Notes under the pieces: model-generated
Database searches by the model: none
Told to the model about the DNA's origin: nothing
What the model saw: the letters and a program-made list of their open reading frames with translations, nothing else
Part shown: positions 7,697 to 16,484 of the stretch, in pieces
Layout: every line of letters starts with the position of its first letter
Numbering within the stretch: the stretch's first letter is position 1
NCBI GenBank assembly: GCA_034723415.1
Contig: JAYEOX010000017.1
Span: 6,187-24,481 of the forward strand
Direction of reading: 5' to 3'
From: Fidelibacterota bacterium
GTDB taxonomy: Bacteria > Fidelibacterota > Fidelibacteria > Fidelibacterales > Fidelibacteraceae
DNA: 18,295 bases
Program-made: the position numbers and the translations under genes

Positions 7697-9823
7697 TTAA
7701 AAATCTATACCGGAATGTTTATTTTTCACATCTCTGCCATGTATTTTACACTTTGTTTTAGGTGCATATTTTACATTAAATATTTCAGTTTCAACAGGAC
7801 AAAATTCGGTTGGAAGTTTTTTGGTTTTAGAACATATTTTATATTCACGCACACCATCCGGTTGAATAAAATCTTTCTTTCCTAAATTTAAGCTATCATA
7901 AGTACTTTTCATAAATTTTGCCCAAATTGGTAATGCCGCCATATCACCGGACATTCCACTTCCTAATGATACTGCCGGATCATCAACTCCTACCCAAACA
8001 CCAGCCACAATATCTTTTGTAAACCCGATAAACCAAGCATCTGTAAAATCATCAGTTGTTCCTGTCTTGCCTCCGGCAGGATAATAGAAATTATATTTCC
8101 ATCTCACTTTTCCACCAGTACCTTTATTAACAACTGTCTGCAACATATTCACCATAATATAAGCTGTTTCTTTACTCAACACCTCTTTAGAAAATTGTGG
8201 ACTTTTATATACTTCATTACCTTCTCTATCTAATATTTTTTTAATCAAATATGGTTTGTTCCAAATTCCTTGATTGGGGAATATCGCATAAGCAGAAACA
8301 ATATCTTTTACATATACACTTCCGGATCCCAAAGCTATTGATCCATAAGGAGGTAATTGGGTTGTAATTCCCATCTGTTTAGCATAATCTCGAACTACAT
8401 TAGGAGTAATTAATTCCTGTACGATCGCAATACTAATTAAATTTATAGAGTGTTGCAAACCTGCTCTTAAAGTCGTTAAACCACCGGTAGAATTGTCATA
8501 ATTACTTGGTGTCCACAAAGATCCATCCGGCTGACGAATTGCCACAGGTTGATTTAATAATTGAGTTGCCGGAGAATATCCATTATCAATAGCTGCTGTA
8601 TAAATAATCGGTTTAAATGTAGAACCCGGTTGACGCTTTGCTTGCACTGCACGATTAAATTTACTTTTAGCAAAATCTTTACCACCGATCATTGCAAGAA
8701 TTGCTCCGTCTCTTGGATCTAAAGCAATAAATGCCCCCTGAACTTTTTTTACTTTTGAAGGTAATAATGTCCATAGTGAATCATTTGTAACATTAGGAAT
8801 GGTGCTATCCGGGTAATATTTTTTATATAATTTTTCTAATAATAATACATTATTTTTTAATCTCTTATCTAAATTTTTCTGTAAATAACCTAATTGTTTA
8901 TAATATGCTTTTTCGGCATTTTTTTGCATAACACTATTTAATGTAGAATAAATTTTAAGTCCATCTTTATGAATATCAAAACTTTCGTTTGCTGCAACTT
9001 CCTGTCTAATTTCTTCGGTAAAATAGGGTGCATTCCCAATATCTTTTTGCTCTACAGTTTTGGTCTTTTTCTCAAGAGTATTAACATAATTCAATTTTGA
9101 AATATATTCTTGTTTTACCATATTATTCAAAACAATATTTCGGCGTCTAATTGCTCTGTCGTGATGATTGAATGGAGAATAAGCATTTGGCGCCGGTAAA
9201 GCACCTATCAACATCGCCATCTCACCAAGGTTCAAATCGTATGCCTTTTTACCAAAATAATAATTCGCCGCTGATTGAATGCCATAAGATCCATGTCCAA
9301 AAAATACCGAATTTAAATACATCTCGAGAATTTCATCTTTTGTATAAGTCCTTTCAATTTCTATTGCAATAATTAACTCTTTTATTTTACGAACATATCT
9401 TTTTTCCATAGATAAATGCAGTGTTCTTGCTAATTGTTGTGTTATTGTCGATGCTCCTTGAGGAGATTCTCTTGAAAATAATATATTCGTTGCGGCTGCC
9501 ACTAAAGTTCTTTTAATATTCATTCCCCAATGGTTGTAAAAATTTTTATCTTCAGTAGATAATAAAGCATTTATTAATGTATCAGAAAGTTGATCTAACG
9601 GCACTAAAACACGCTTTTCGGTTGCAAATTCTTTTAATACTTTTCCATCTGTTGAATACACCGGAGATGCTAAATCAGGATGAAATTGCTCCAATTCTTC
9701 TAAACTTGGTAAATCCCTATTGAAATACATAAACATAAAAAATATCATTAAACAGCCGATCAATACAATTATAACACTGTTCAATACATATTTTAATAAT
9801 AATTTTGTCGTATCTTTTCTCAT
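7697..9823 (-). CDS. mrcA: Class A penicillin-binding protein 1A (transglycosylase/transpeptidase)
   Basis: N-terminal TM anchor. Transglycosylase motifs EDKNFYNHWG, GASTITQQL, RKIKE and KDEILEMYLN. Transpeptidase motifs STFK (SxxK), SIN (SxN) and KTGT. Confidence 0.96.
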   Translation of the reverse strand: MRKDTTKLLLKYVLNSVIIVLIGCLMIFFMFMYFNRDLPSLEELEQFHPDLASPVYSTDGKVLKEFATEKRVLVPLDQLSDTLINALLSTEDKNFYNHWGMNIKRTLVAAATNILFSRESPQGASTITQQLARTLHLSMEKRYVRKIKELIIAIEIERTYTKDEILEMYLNSVFFGHGSYGIQSAANYYFGKKAYDLNLGEMAMLIGALPAPNAYSPFNHHDRAIRRRNIVLNNMVKQEYISKLNYVNTLEKKTKTVEQKDIGNAPYFTEEIRQEVAANESFDIHKDGLKIYSTLNSVMQKNAEKAYYKQLGYLQKNLDKRLKNNVLLLEKLYKKYYPDSTIPNVTNDSLWTLLPSKVKKVQGAFIALDPRDGAILAMIGGKDFAKSKFNRAVQAKRQPGSTFKPIIYTAAIDNGYSPATQLLNQPVAIRQPDGSLWTPSNYDNSTGGLTTLRAGLQHSINLISIAIVQELITPNVVRDYAKQMGITTQLPPYGSIALGSGSVYVKDIVSAYAIFPNQGIWNKPYLIKKILDREGNEVYKSPQFSKEVLSKETAYIMVNMLQTVVNKGTGGKVRWKYNFYYPAGGKTGTTDDFTDAWFIGFTKDIVAGVWVGVDDPAVSLGSGMSGDMAALPIWAKFMKSTYDSLNLGKKDFIQPDGVREYKICSKTKKLPTEFCPVETEIFNVKYAPKTKCKIHGRDVKNKHSGIDF

Positions 9824-9831
9824 ATTTTAAT

Positions 9832-11940
9832 TTAACCTTTTATTTCCATATTTAAAATACTTTTATTTGATTTTTTAATCTTATTCTGCCAACTATCAAA
9901 AACATTTTTATCAATTCTTAAAAACTCTTCTATTTCGTTTCTGTTTTTATGTTCTTCTAATAAAGTCATCAATTGTAAATAATAACTCTCAAAATAATCT
10001 TTTGAAGTATCATCTAAAACATTTTTTATATTGACACCAAATTTTAAGACATCTTCATCATTCCATTCTGTGATCAATTCTAACTCATCAAAAGACAAAT
10101 TTTGTTGGATTACCATTTCATGTATCTGAGCTTTATTTAAATGATCAATCTTCTTCTTTTCCAAAAATTGCAATAACCAAATATAAAAAACATGTAAATG
10201 TTTAATTTGTTTATATCTTTGAAAAATATGTATATCAATGGAAGGAATCTTTTTATTATCATTACATTTTTTACCAAATTCAGTCAATGATATTCTTTTA
10301 AATATTTTTGATCGTTTCAGAATATGTAATTTTACTAATTTATTTATGGCGATACCAACAATCAAATCCAACTCATTTTCTGCAATGTTATTATAATTAT
10401 TACAGTTAAAAATAATTTTATTATGTATATTTTTCTTACTTATTCTTTTCTTTTTCTCCAATTCAACATTTACAATATTTATAAGATCATTAGAAAAATT
10501 TGTTTCATCTTCGGTTGGTAAATTATCGGTTTTTATATCTTCGATTTTCCATTCCAAGCAAGAATCGCATCCGCCACAAGTAGAAAAAGTATAATCCTCT
10601 TCAAAATAATCCAATATCGTTCGCCTTCTACAAACATCATCATTAAAATAATCTATAGTTTTTTGTAATCGTAATACTAAATATTTCCTGTATTCAAAAA
10701 TCGATTTTAATTTAATATCAATATCAGAAATATTCTTTTGGGAATTTACACTAAAATTCCCATCGACATTTTCAATATAATTAAAATCCAATAATAATTT
10801 TATCGCCGAATTTTCAACATTATTTTCATCTGCCTTTATTTGTTTATCCTGTATTTCAAAATATTTATTTTTAACAATTTCTATACCAGGATATTTTGAA
10901 GAAATAAAATATTCTTGTATATCCCTATCATCAGGCGAATAAATTGCAATACAAAATGAACTTTTCCCATCACGACCAGCTCTCCCTGCTTCTTGATAAT
11001 AATTCTCCATATTGCCGGGCATATGATAATGAATGACAAATCTCACATCCGGTTTATCAATTCCCATCCCAAAAGCATTCGTTGCAACTATAATAGATAT
11101 TTCTCCATCAATCCATTTTTTCTGCATTGCATTTCTCTGCTTTGAAGTTAGTCCCGCATGATAAATTCCAACAGAATAATGCCACTCTCGTAACAATTCA
11201 CCCACCATTTCAACACTATTTCTTGTAGCGCAATAAATGGCTCCTGAACCGGAAATCTGTTTTAAAATTCTCTTTAATAATGCAATTTTGTCCGTCTGTT
11301 TTTTACATTTTAACGCAACATATTTTAAATTTGGACGATCAAAAGTTGACTTAAAAATTTCCTCGTTTTCTAATTTCAAAAATTTAACTATATCTTGAAT
11401 AACATGATAAGTCGCTGTACCTGTAAATGCAGCAATACGCGGAATTTTCATTTCCTTTATGAATTTTCCAATTGTTCTATAACTCGGCCTGAAATCATGT
11501 CCCCACTGTGAAATACAATGTGCTTCATCAATAGCAATAAATTCAACTTTTAATTTTGAGATTATATTCTTAAATCTTTCATTGTTCAATCTTTCAGGGG
11601 CAACGAATATTATTTTATATCTATTATTAGATAATTTTTTAAATCTATTCTGCATCTCTTTTTTTGAAAGTGTCGATGAAAAATATGTAGCATTTATTGA
11701 CAACTTTTTTAAATTTTTAACCTGATCCTGCATTAAAGCAATAAGAGGTGAAATGATTATAGTTATTCCTTTGAACATTACAGCCGGCAATTGATAGCAT
11801 AGTGATTTTCCACCACCGGTAGCCAAAATTGCTATCGTATTATTTTCATCAAGAATTGATTTTATTATTTTTTTCTGTAGTGGACGAAACCCCGGCAATT
11901 TAAATCTTTCTTTAAGAATTTTTTCTAAAACCATTTTCAT
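9832..11940 (-). CDS. recQ: RecQ-family ATP-dependent DNA helicase
   Basis: FRPLQ (motif 0), TGGGKS, DEAHCISQWGHDFRP, ATNAFGMGIDK, QEAGRAGRDG and the Zn-binding segment CRR...YF...CGGCDSC. The C-terminal region is divergent. Confidence 0.93.
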   Translation of the reverse strand: MKMVLEKILKERFKLPGFRPLQKKIIKSILDENNTIAILATGGGKSLCYQLPAVMFKGITIIISPLIALMQDQVKNLKKLSINATYFSSTLSKKEMQNRFKKLSNNRYKIIFVAPERLNNERFKNIISKLKVEFIAIDEAHCISQWGHDFRPSYRTIGKFIKEMKIPRIAAFTGTATYHVIQDIVKFLKLENEEIFKSTFDRPNLKYVALKCKKQTDKIALLKRILKQISGSGAIYCATRNSVEMVGELLREWHYSVGIYHAGLTSKQRNAMQKKWIDGEISIIVATNAFGMGIDKPDVRFVIHYHMPGNMENYYQEAGRAGRDGKSSFCIAIYSPDDRDIQEYFISSKYPGIEIVKNKYFEIQDKQIKADENNVENSAIKLLLDFNYIENVDGNFSVNSQKNISDIDIKLKSIFEYRKYLVLRLQKTIDYFNDDVCRRRTILDYFEEDYTFSTCGGCDSCLEWKIEDIKTDNLPTEDETNFSNDLINIVNVELEKKKRISKKNIHNKIIFNCNNYNNIAENELDLIVGIAINKLVKLHILKRSKIFKRISLTEFGKKCNDNKKIPSIDIHIFQRYKQIKHLHVFYIWLLQFLEKKKIDHLNKAQIHEMVIQQNLSFDELELITEWNDEDVLKFGVNIKNVLDDTSKDYFESYYLQLMTLLEEHKNRNEIEEFLRIDKNVFDSWQNKIKKSNKSILNMEIKG

Positions 11941-11980
11941 CCTTTACATTACTTATTAAATATACGAAAGTTATATAAAT

Positions 11981-12013
11981 AAAAAAACACTACATAATAA
12001 TTGTAGTGCTTTT
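11981..12013 (-). terminator. Rho-independent terminator downstream of the Ldh_2 gene
   Basis: Stem CACTACA (11988-11994) / TGTAGTG (12002-12008) with a 7-nt loop. The A7 tract at 11981-11987 reads as U7 on the minus strand. A short T-run on the other side makes it potentially bidirectional. Confidence 0.75.
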
Positions 12014-12064
12014 ACCTATTTAAATATAAAATAGAATCTTTTAATTTACTTTTAACTTTTTATA

Positions 12065-13144
12065 TTAAAACTCAATTCCCAATTCCTTAGTCATTACATC
12101 AATATCCTTCTGCAAATTTTCATTTATTGGAATTCCGTTTTCTTTTACTCCTAGTTCACTTAAATATTCTTTTTCACCTGCTACAAATATTTTTTCTTTT
12201 CCCGGTTCTTTTTTTGAATTTTTTAATTCACGAATAATATCACCAATTGTTTTCTTAAATTTTAAAATATCTGTGGATGCTTCAATATTGATTGCCATAA
12301 AAAAATGACCCACTTTCATAGAAACTTTTTTCCCTTTATTTATTCCACTTAATTGATGAAGAATACTTCCTTGTTGTAATGCTGCCGATAAAATTTCAAC
12401 GATCGTAGCTAAACCATATCCCTTATGTCCACCGGATTTTTCCTCCCTGCCACCCAATGAAATTAATGATGCATTTTGCTTTAAAAAATCATCTATTATT
12501 TTTTTCGTTTCTGTATTAGGTTTCCCAAATTTGTCAACAACCCATCCTTCAGGAGTTGGTTTATTTTCTCTATTAAGCACTTCAATTTTCCCTCTTTGAA
12601 CAATAGTGGTTGCAGCATCATATAAAAATGGGATTTTTTCATCTGACGGAGCACCAAAAGCTATTGGATTTGTACCAAACATCGGCTGAACTCCAAATAT
12701 TGGAGCAACACTTGGTCTTGCATTTGTAAAAGCCATTCCAATCATATTTTGCTCAATCGCCATTTTAGGATAAAAACCCGCTATTCCAAAATGGTTGGAA
12801 TTGCGAACCGCTACACTTCCAATGCCAAATTCTTTTGCTTTATCAATTGCCATCTGCATTGCTTTGTATGAAACAACTTGTCCCATGCCGTTATTACCAT
12901 CCAAAACTGCAATTGCATTAAAATCTTTTATCACTTTAATATTCGTAATTGGATTTTGGATCCCATCTCTAATTCTATCATAATACATTTTTAATCTACC
13001 AATCCCATGTGATCTTATTCCCCTTAAATCAGAAGCAATTAATACATCTGCACATATCTTTGCATCATCTTTGGGAACACCAAGCTTAGTGAAAACATTT
13101 TGCATTAAGTTGTATATTTTCCCTACAGAAACAAATTTTTCCAT
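12065..13144 (-). CDS. Ldh_2-family NAD(P)-dependent oxidoreductase (type 2 malate/L-lactate/L-sulfolactate dehydrogenase family); substrate unknown
   Basis: DLRGIRSHG, DGNNGMGQ, VRNSNHFG, GTNPIAF, GGHKGYGL and GEKE motifs. Confidence 0.92.
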   Translation of the reverse strand: MEKFVSVGKIYNLMQNVFTKLGVPKDDAKICADVLIASDLRGIRSHGIGRLKMYYDRIRDGIQNPITNIKVIKDFNAIAVLDGNNGMGQVVSYKAMQMAIDKAKEFGIGSVAVRNSNHFGIAGFYPKMAIEQNMIGMAFTNARPSVAPIFGVQPMFGTNPIAFGAPSDEKIPFLYDAATTIVQRGKIEVLNRENKPTPEGWVVDKFGKPNTETKKIIDDFLKQNASLISLGGREEKSGGHKGYGLATIVEILSAALQQGSILHQLSGINKGKKVSMKVGHFFMAINIEASTDILKFKKTIGDIIRELKNSKKEPGKEKIFVAGEKEYLSELGVKENGIPINENLQKDIDVMTKELGIEF

Positions 13145-13148
13145 TTTT

Positions 13149-13153
13149 CCTCC
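13149..13153 (-). promoter_or_regulatory. Shine-Dalgarno site of the Ldh_2 gene
   Basis: GGAGG on the minus strand, 4 nt before the ATG at 13144. Confidence 0.6.
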
Positions 13154-13159
13154 AATTTT

Positions 13160-14065
13160 TTAATAAGAATTTATTTTTTTATTTGTTCTCAATTGTATTA
13201 TCCACAAAATTATCATGTAGATATTTGCAAATCCGATGGTAAAAATAAAAAATATGATCGGTCTGAATAAAAAAGCAGAAATAATAATAATAAAAGCGCT
13301 GGCAGTTGGACCGATCCAAAACCATAATTTTATTAATATTTTATTTGAGTTATAATAAGTTTCCTTATCATATACTTTATTATTATTCTTTTTAAATAAT
13401 TGTAAGTGTAAATATCTAAGATACACAACAATTAACATTTTCTCGAACAATTTATTTTTCTGATTTTTTATTTTATCAAGTTCAGCGGTAAATTTATTTT
13501 TTTCTTCCAAGGTTGATATTTGTTTACCCAAACCATGTGACATGAACTCAGTTCTGTAATAATCAACGAATATAGCATGGAAGATATGACTAATAGCCGC
13601 AATAACTATAAACCACCAATAATTAAACGGCAAGTATTTTATATCAACTAATCCTTTCCCAAAGCCAATTCCCATTCCTACATAAACTGATATTCCTACA
13701 ATGTAATCTGCTAAGCCATCAATAATTCTACCAACTGCAGTTCCATTATTTTTCAAGCGAGCTATCATTCCGTCCACACAATCTAAAACAAGACTTAAAA
13801 AATATAATGATCCTGCAATAATAAAACTAACAACATCACCACGAGAAAAGAAATAACCACTCATTATTCCTGCTATAGCCGTCATTAGAGAAACCTGATT
13901 TGGAGTAATGGAAGTTGGATACAATAATCTAACAAAAATAAAGGCAATCGGTCTTAAAATATAAAGGGCCAAAGTTTCATCAAAAAATTCATGCTTGATA
14001 GATTTTTTATAATCTTTAAACATCTGTTTATTATATTCTTTGAATTTTCTTTTATTATTGTTCAT
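13160..14065 (-). CDS. CDP-alcohol phosphatidyltransferase family membrane protein
   Basis: ITPNQVS plus the full signature D-x2-DG-x2-AR-x8-G-x3-D-x3-D (DCVDGMIARLKNNGTAVGRIIDGLAD). Several TM segments. Confidence 0.92.
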   Translation of the reverse strand: MNNNKRKFKEYNKQMFKDYKKSIKHEFFDETLALYILRPIAFIFVRLLYPTSITPNQVSLMTAIAGIMSGYFFSRGDVVSFIIAGSLYFLSLVLDCVDGMIARLKNNGTAVGRIIDGLADYIVGISVYVGMGIGFGKGLVDIKYLPFNYWWFIVIAAISHIFHAIFVDYYRTEFMSHGLGKQISTLEEKNKFTAELDKIKNQKNKLFEKMLIVVYLRYLHLQLFKKNNNKVYDKETYYNSNKILIKLWFWIGPTASAFIIIISAFLFRPIIFFIFTIGFANIYMIILWIIQLRTNKKINSY

Positions 14066-14133
14066 GTTTTAAAATCCCTTTTCGGCAATATATTTAGCAA
14101 GCTGAATTTTGAAAAATAAAAAGATATTTCACA

Positions 14134-15510
14134 TTAATATGCATTAAGATGAGATCTTTTACTAAAAATGGTTTTAAAAATTATTTCTATATCAAGCATA
14201 AATGTCCAATTATTATTATACCAAAGATCATATTCTACACGTTTTTGAATTTTATTTAAAGTGTCTGTAGGACCACGCCATCCATTAACCTGTGCCCAAC
14301 CAGTAATTCCCGGTTTTACAAAATGACGTATCATATACTCATCTACTCTATTCCTAAAACTTTCTGTATGAATTAACATATGAGGTCTTGGACCAACTAC
14401 CGACATATCTCCTTTTAAAACATTTAAAAATTGTGGGAATTCATCTAAATTTGTTTTCCTGAGAAAATTACCAATTACTGTTTTGCGTTGATCATCTTTT
14501 GTTGCTTGCACAGAATCAGAAACTTCTTTAGATGTTTCTCGCATTGAGCGAAATTTATAGCATTTAAAATTGTCCTGATTATAACCTGTTCGTTCTTGAA
14601 TAAAAAACACAGGGCCTTTTGAGGATAATTTGATCGCGATCGCTATTACTAACATCACCGGGCTAGCAACAATTAATATAAATAAAGAAAAAATGATGTC
14701 AAAAGTTCGCTTATAAATTCTATTAAAAATATTATCCAGTGGAATTTCTTGAAAAGAAAAGACAGGGATCTTTCCAAAATTACCAAATTGAACATATTGA
14801 TTTGTGATATGATGTATGTTTGGGACAAAAGTAGTCCTAACGCCTTCATAATCTGCTACAGTGATCAATTTTTTTATTTTCTTCTCATTTGACAAAGGTA
14901 ATGCAATTATCAACTCATCAATATTTTTTTCTTTTACAATTCTACCCAAATCAGAAAATTTTCCAATAATTTTATCAACTAATGCAGAATTTTTATTATC
15001 ATCTAAAAAACCAACTATTTTATTACCATATTCAGGATGAAGTTCCGCTTCTTTAGAAATCTCCGAAGCTATTCTTCCTGCACCTATAACAAGTACACGT
15101 TTTACATTTTTTCCATACCTTCTTGATCGCAAAATAAAAAAATTAAATATATTATGAAAAATAAAAACAGATATTGTAATAGTTGCTGTAAAATAGATAA
15201 ATATCAATCGAGAATAACCTGATTCCTTATAAAAGAAACCTAAAGTGGAAATTGCTATAAAGAATAAAATGCTTACTTGAAAAGTTTTTTTAATTCTTTC
15301 GCCAATATTATAATATAAATAATAATAATTTAAAATTCGAGTAATAATAAACCAGCTAACAATAGAAAATAGCAAAATAAACTTATCATTTTGTGTATCA
15401 TCAAAACCTAGTCCTCTAATTTTATGTGCAAGAATTAAATTAATACCTATTAGAAATATATCAAAAGATAAATATAAATAATAAAGGAGTTTGTCTTTTT
15501 TGTTCATCAT
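14134..15510 (-). CDS. wcaJ: Undecaprenyl-phosphate hexose-1-phosphate transferase (WcaJ/WbaP-type initiating enzyme)
   Basis: Four N-terminal TM helices, a Rossmann-like VLVIGAG domain and catalytic-domain motifs KRTFD, KFRSM, LRKTNLDEFPQ, GDMSVVGPRP, VKPGITGWAQVNG and D.WY..NW...LD. Confidence 0.92.
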   Translation of the reverse strand: MMNKKDKLLYYLYLSFDIFLIGINLILAHKIRGLGFDDTQNDKFILLFSIVSWFIITRILNYYYLYYNIGERIKKTFQVSILFFIAISTLGFFYKESGYSRLIFIYFTATITISVFIFHNIFNFFILRSRRYGKNVKRVLVIGAGRIASEISKEAELHPEYGNKIVGFLDDNKNSALVDKIIGKFSDLGRIVKEKNIDELIIALPLSNEKKIKKLITVADYEGVRTTFVPNIHHITNQYVQFGNFGKIPVFSFQEIPLDNIFNRIYKRTFDIIFSLFILIVASPVMLVIAIAIKLSSKGPVFFIQERTGYNQDNFKCYKFRSMRETSKEVSDSVQATKDDQRKTVIGNFLRKTNLDEFPQFLNVLKGDMSVVGPRPHMLIHTESFRNRVDEYMIRHFVKPGITGWAQVNGWRGPTDTLNKIQKRVEYDLWYNNNWTFMLDIEIIFKTIFSKRSHLNAY

Positions 15511-15643
15511 AAAATCACCCTAATATTTTTTAATGATTTTAGATTTTGAATTAAGCTGTTTTAAGTGCTTGATGAAAGATTTTATATAGATAGAATTAAT
15601 CATTTTATAAATCTTATATTGTATTTTCTGTTCTTAGTGAATA

Positions 15644-15672
15644 AATATAGCATTATAAATTATATTTTGCAA
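15644..15672 (-). promoter_or_regulatory. Putative sigma70-type promoter for wcaJ
   Basis: The minus strand reads TTGCAA (15672-15667), a 17-nt spacer ending TGc, then TATATT (15649-15644). This gives a -35, an extended -10 TGn and a -10 within the 217-nt intergenic gap. The AT-rich background lowers the significance. Confidence 0.5.
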
Positions 15673-15727
15673 GTTTTAATTATTTTCCCAATAAAAAGAA
15701 TATTTACAATTTTATATTATCTTAAAA

Positions 15728-16483
15728 TTAATTTTTAAATATTCGTCGAAAAATTTCTTTTACAACCATAATAATAAACAAAGTATTTGTAATTGCATAA
15801 CGTTTCCACATTCTCCGCGGTTCTTGTAAAATTCTATAAAACCACTCTAGGCCAGAATTTTGCATCCATAATGGAGCCCTTTTAGTTTTCCCTGCAATTA
15901 TATCAAAACTTCCCCCTACTCCCATAGTAAAAGGAACATCCATTTTTTTTGTATATTTATCTATAAATATTTCTTTTTTAGGACTGGATATTCCCAAAAA
16001 CAACATATCTGCTTTCGATTCTTTTATCTCTTGTGCAATATTTATTTCTTCTACCTCATTAAAATAACCATTACGAAATCCTGCAATTTGTAAATTGGGA
16101 TACTTTTCTTCTAAAATAGTAACAACTTTTTCTACAACTTTTTGTTCTGCTCCCAAAAAATATGGACGATATCCTTTTTCTGCACAGATCTCAACTAAAT
16201 TCTGGAATAAATCAACTCCGGTAACTCGTTCAGGTATTTTATAACCAAGGATTTTTAAAACCCATACAACAGGCAATCCATCAATATTTACCAAATCAGA
16301 ATTATTAATTGCATTTCTTAAAAATTCATCTTTCTGTGCATTAACAACTTTTGCTACATTTATTACAATATGCTGCATATTTATTTTATGCTTAATAATA
16401 TTTGTTTCAATAAAATCTAAAGTTGTCTGCATATCCCAAGGATGGATCTTTAAATTGAAAACTTCTATTGCATATTTTTTCAT
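15728..16483 (-). CDS. wecG: WecB/TagA/CpsF (GT26) glycosyltransferase, probable ManNAc/ManNAcA transferase
   Basis: DG..VVW, ERVTGVDL, YFLGA, AG.RNGYF, LGISSPKKE, GVGGSFD, RAP.WMQ..GLEW.YR..QEPRR..RY. Start placed at the second Met (16483), 1 nt after the upstream stop, rather than at 16501. Confidence 0.92.
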   Translation of the reverse strand: MKKYAIEVFNLKIHPWDMQTTLDFIETNIIKHKINMQHIVINVAKVVNAQKDEFLRNAINNSDLVNIDGLPVVWVLKILGYKIPERVTGVDLFQNLVEICAEKGYRPYFLGAEQKVVEKVVTILEEKYPNLQIAGFRNGYFNEVEEINIAQEIKESKADMLFLGISSPKKEIFIDKYTKKMDVPFTMGVGGSFDIIAGKTKRAPLWMQNSGLEWFYRILQEPRRMWKRYAITNTLFIIMVVKEIFRRIFKN

Positions 16484-16484
16484 G

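Noticed and set aside
5067..9372. Plus-strand ORFs 5067-5264, 6755-6967, 7550-7885 and 9172-9372
   Set aside because: All are antisense to longer, better-supported genes, with no motifs or convincing ribosome-binding sites.
11959..14092. Recurring minus-strand TATATT hexamers upstream of recQ (11959-11964) and the CDP-alcohol transferase (14087-14092) as promoters
   Set aside because: They are plausible -10 elements but lack convincing -35 boxes, and the hexamer is expected often by chance in such AT-rich DNA.
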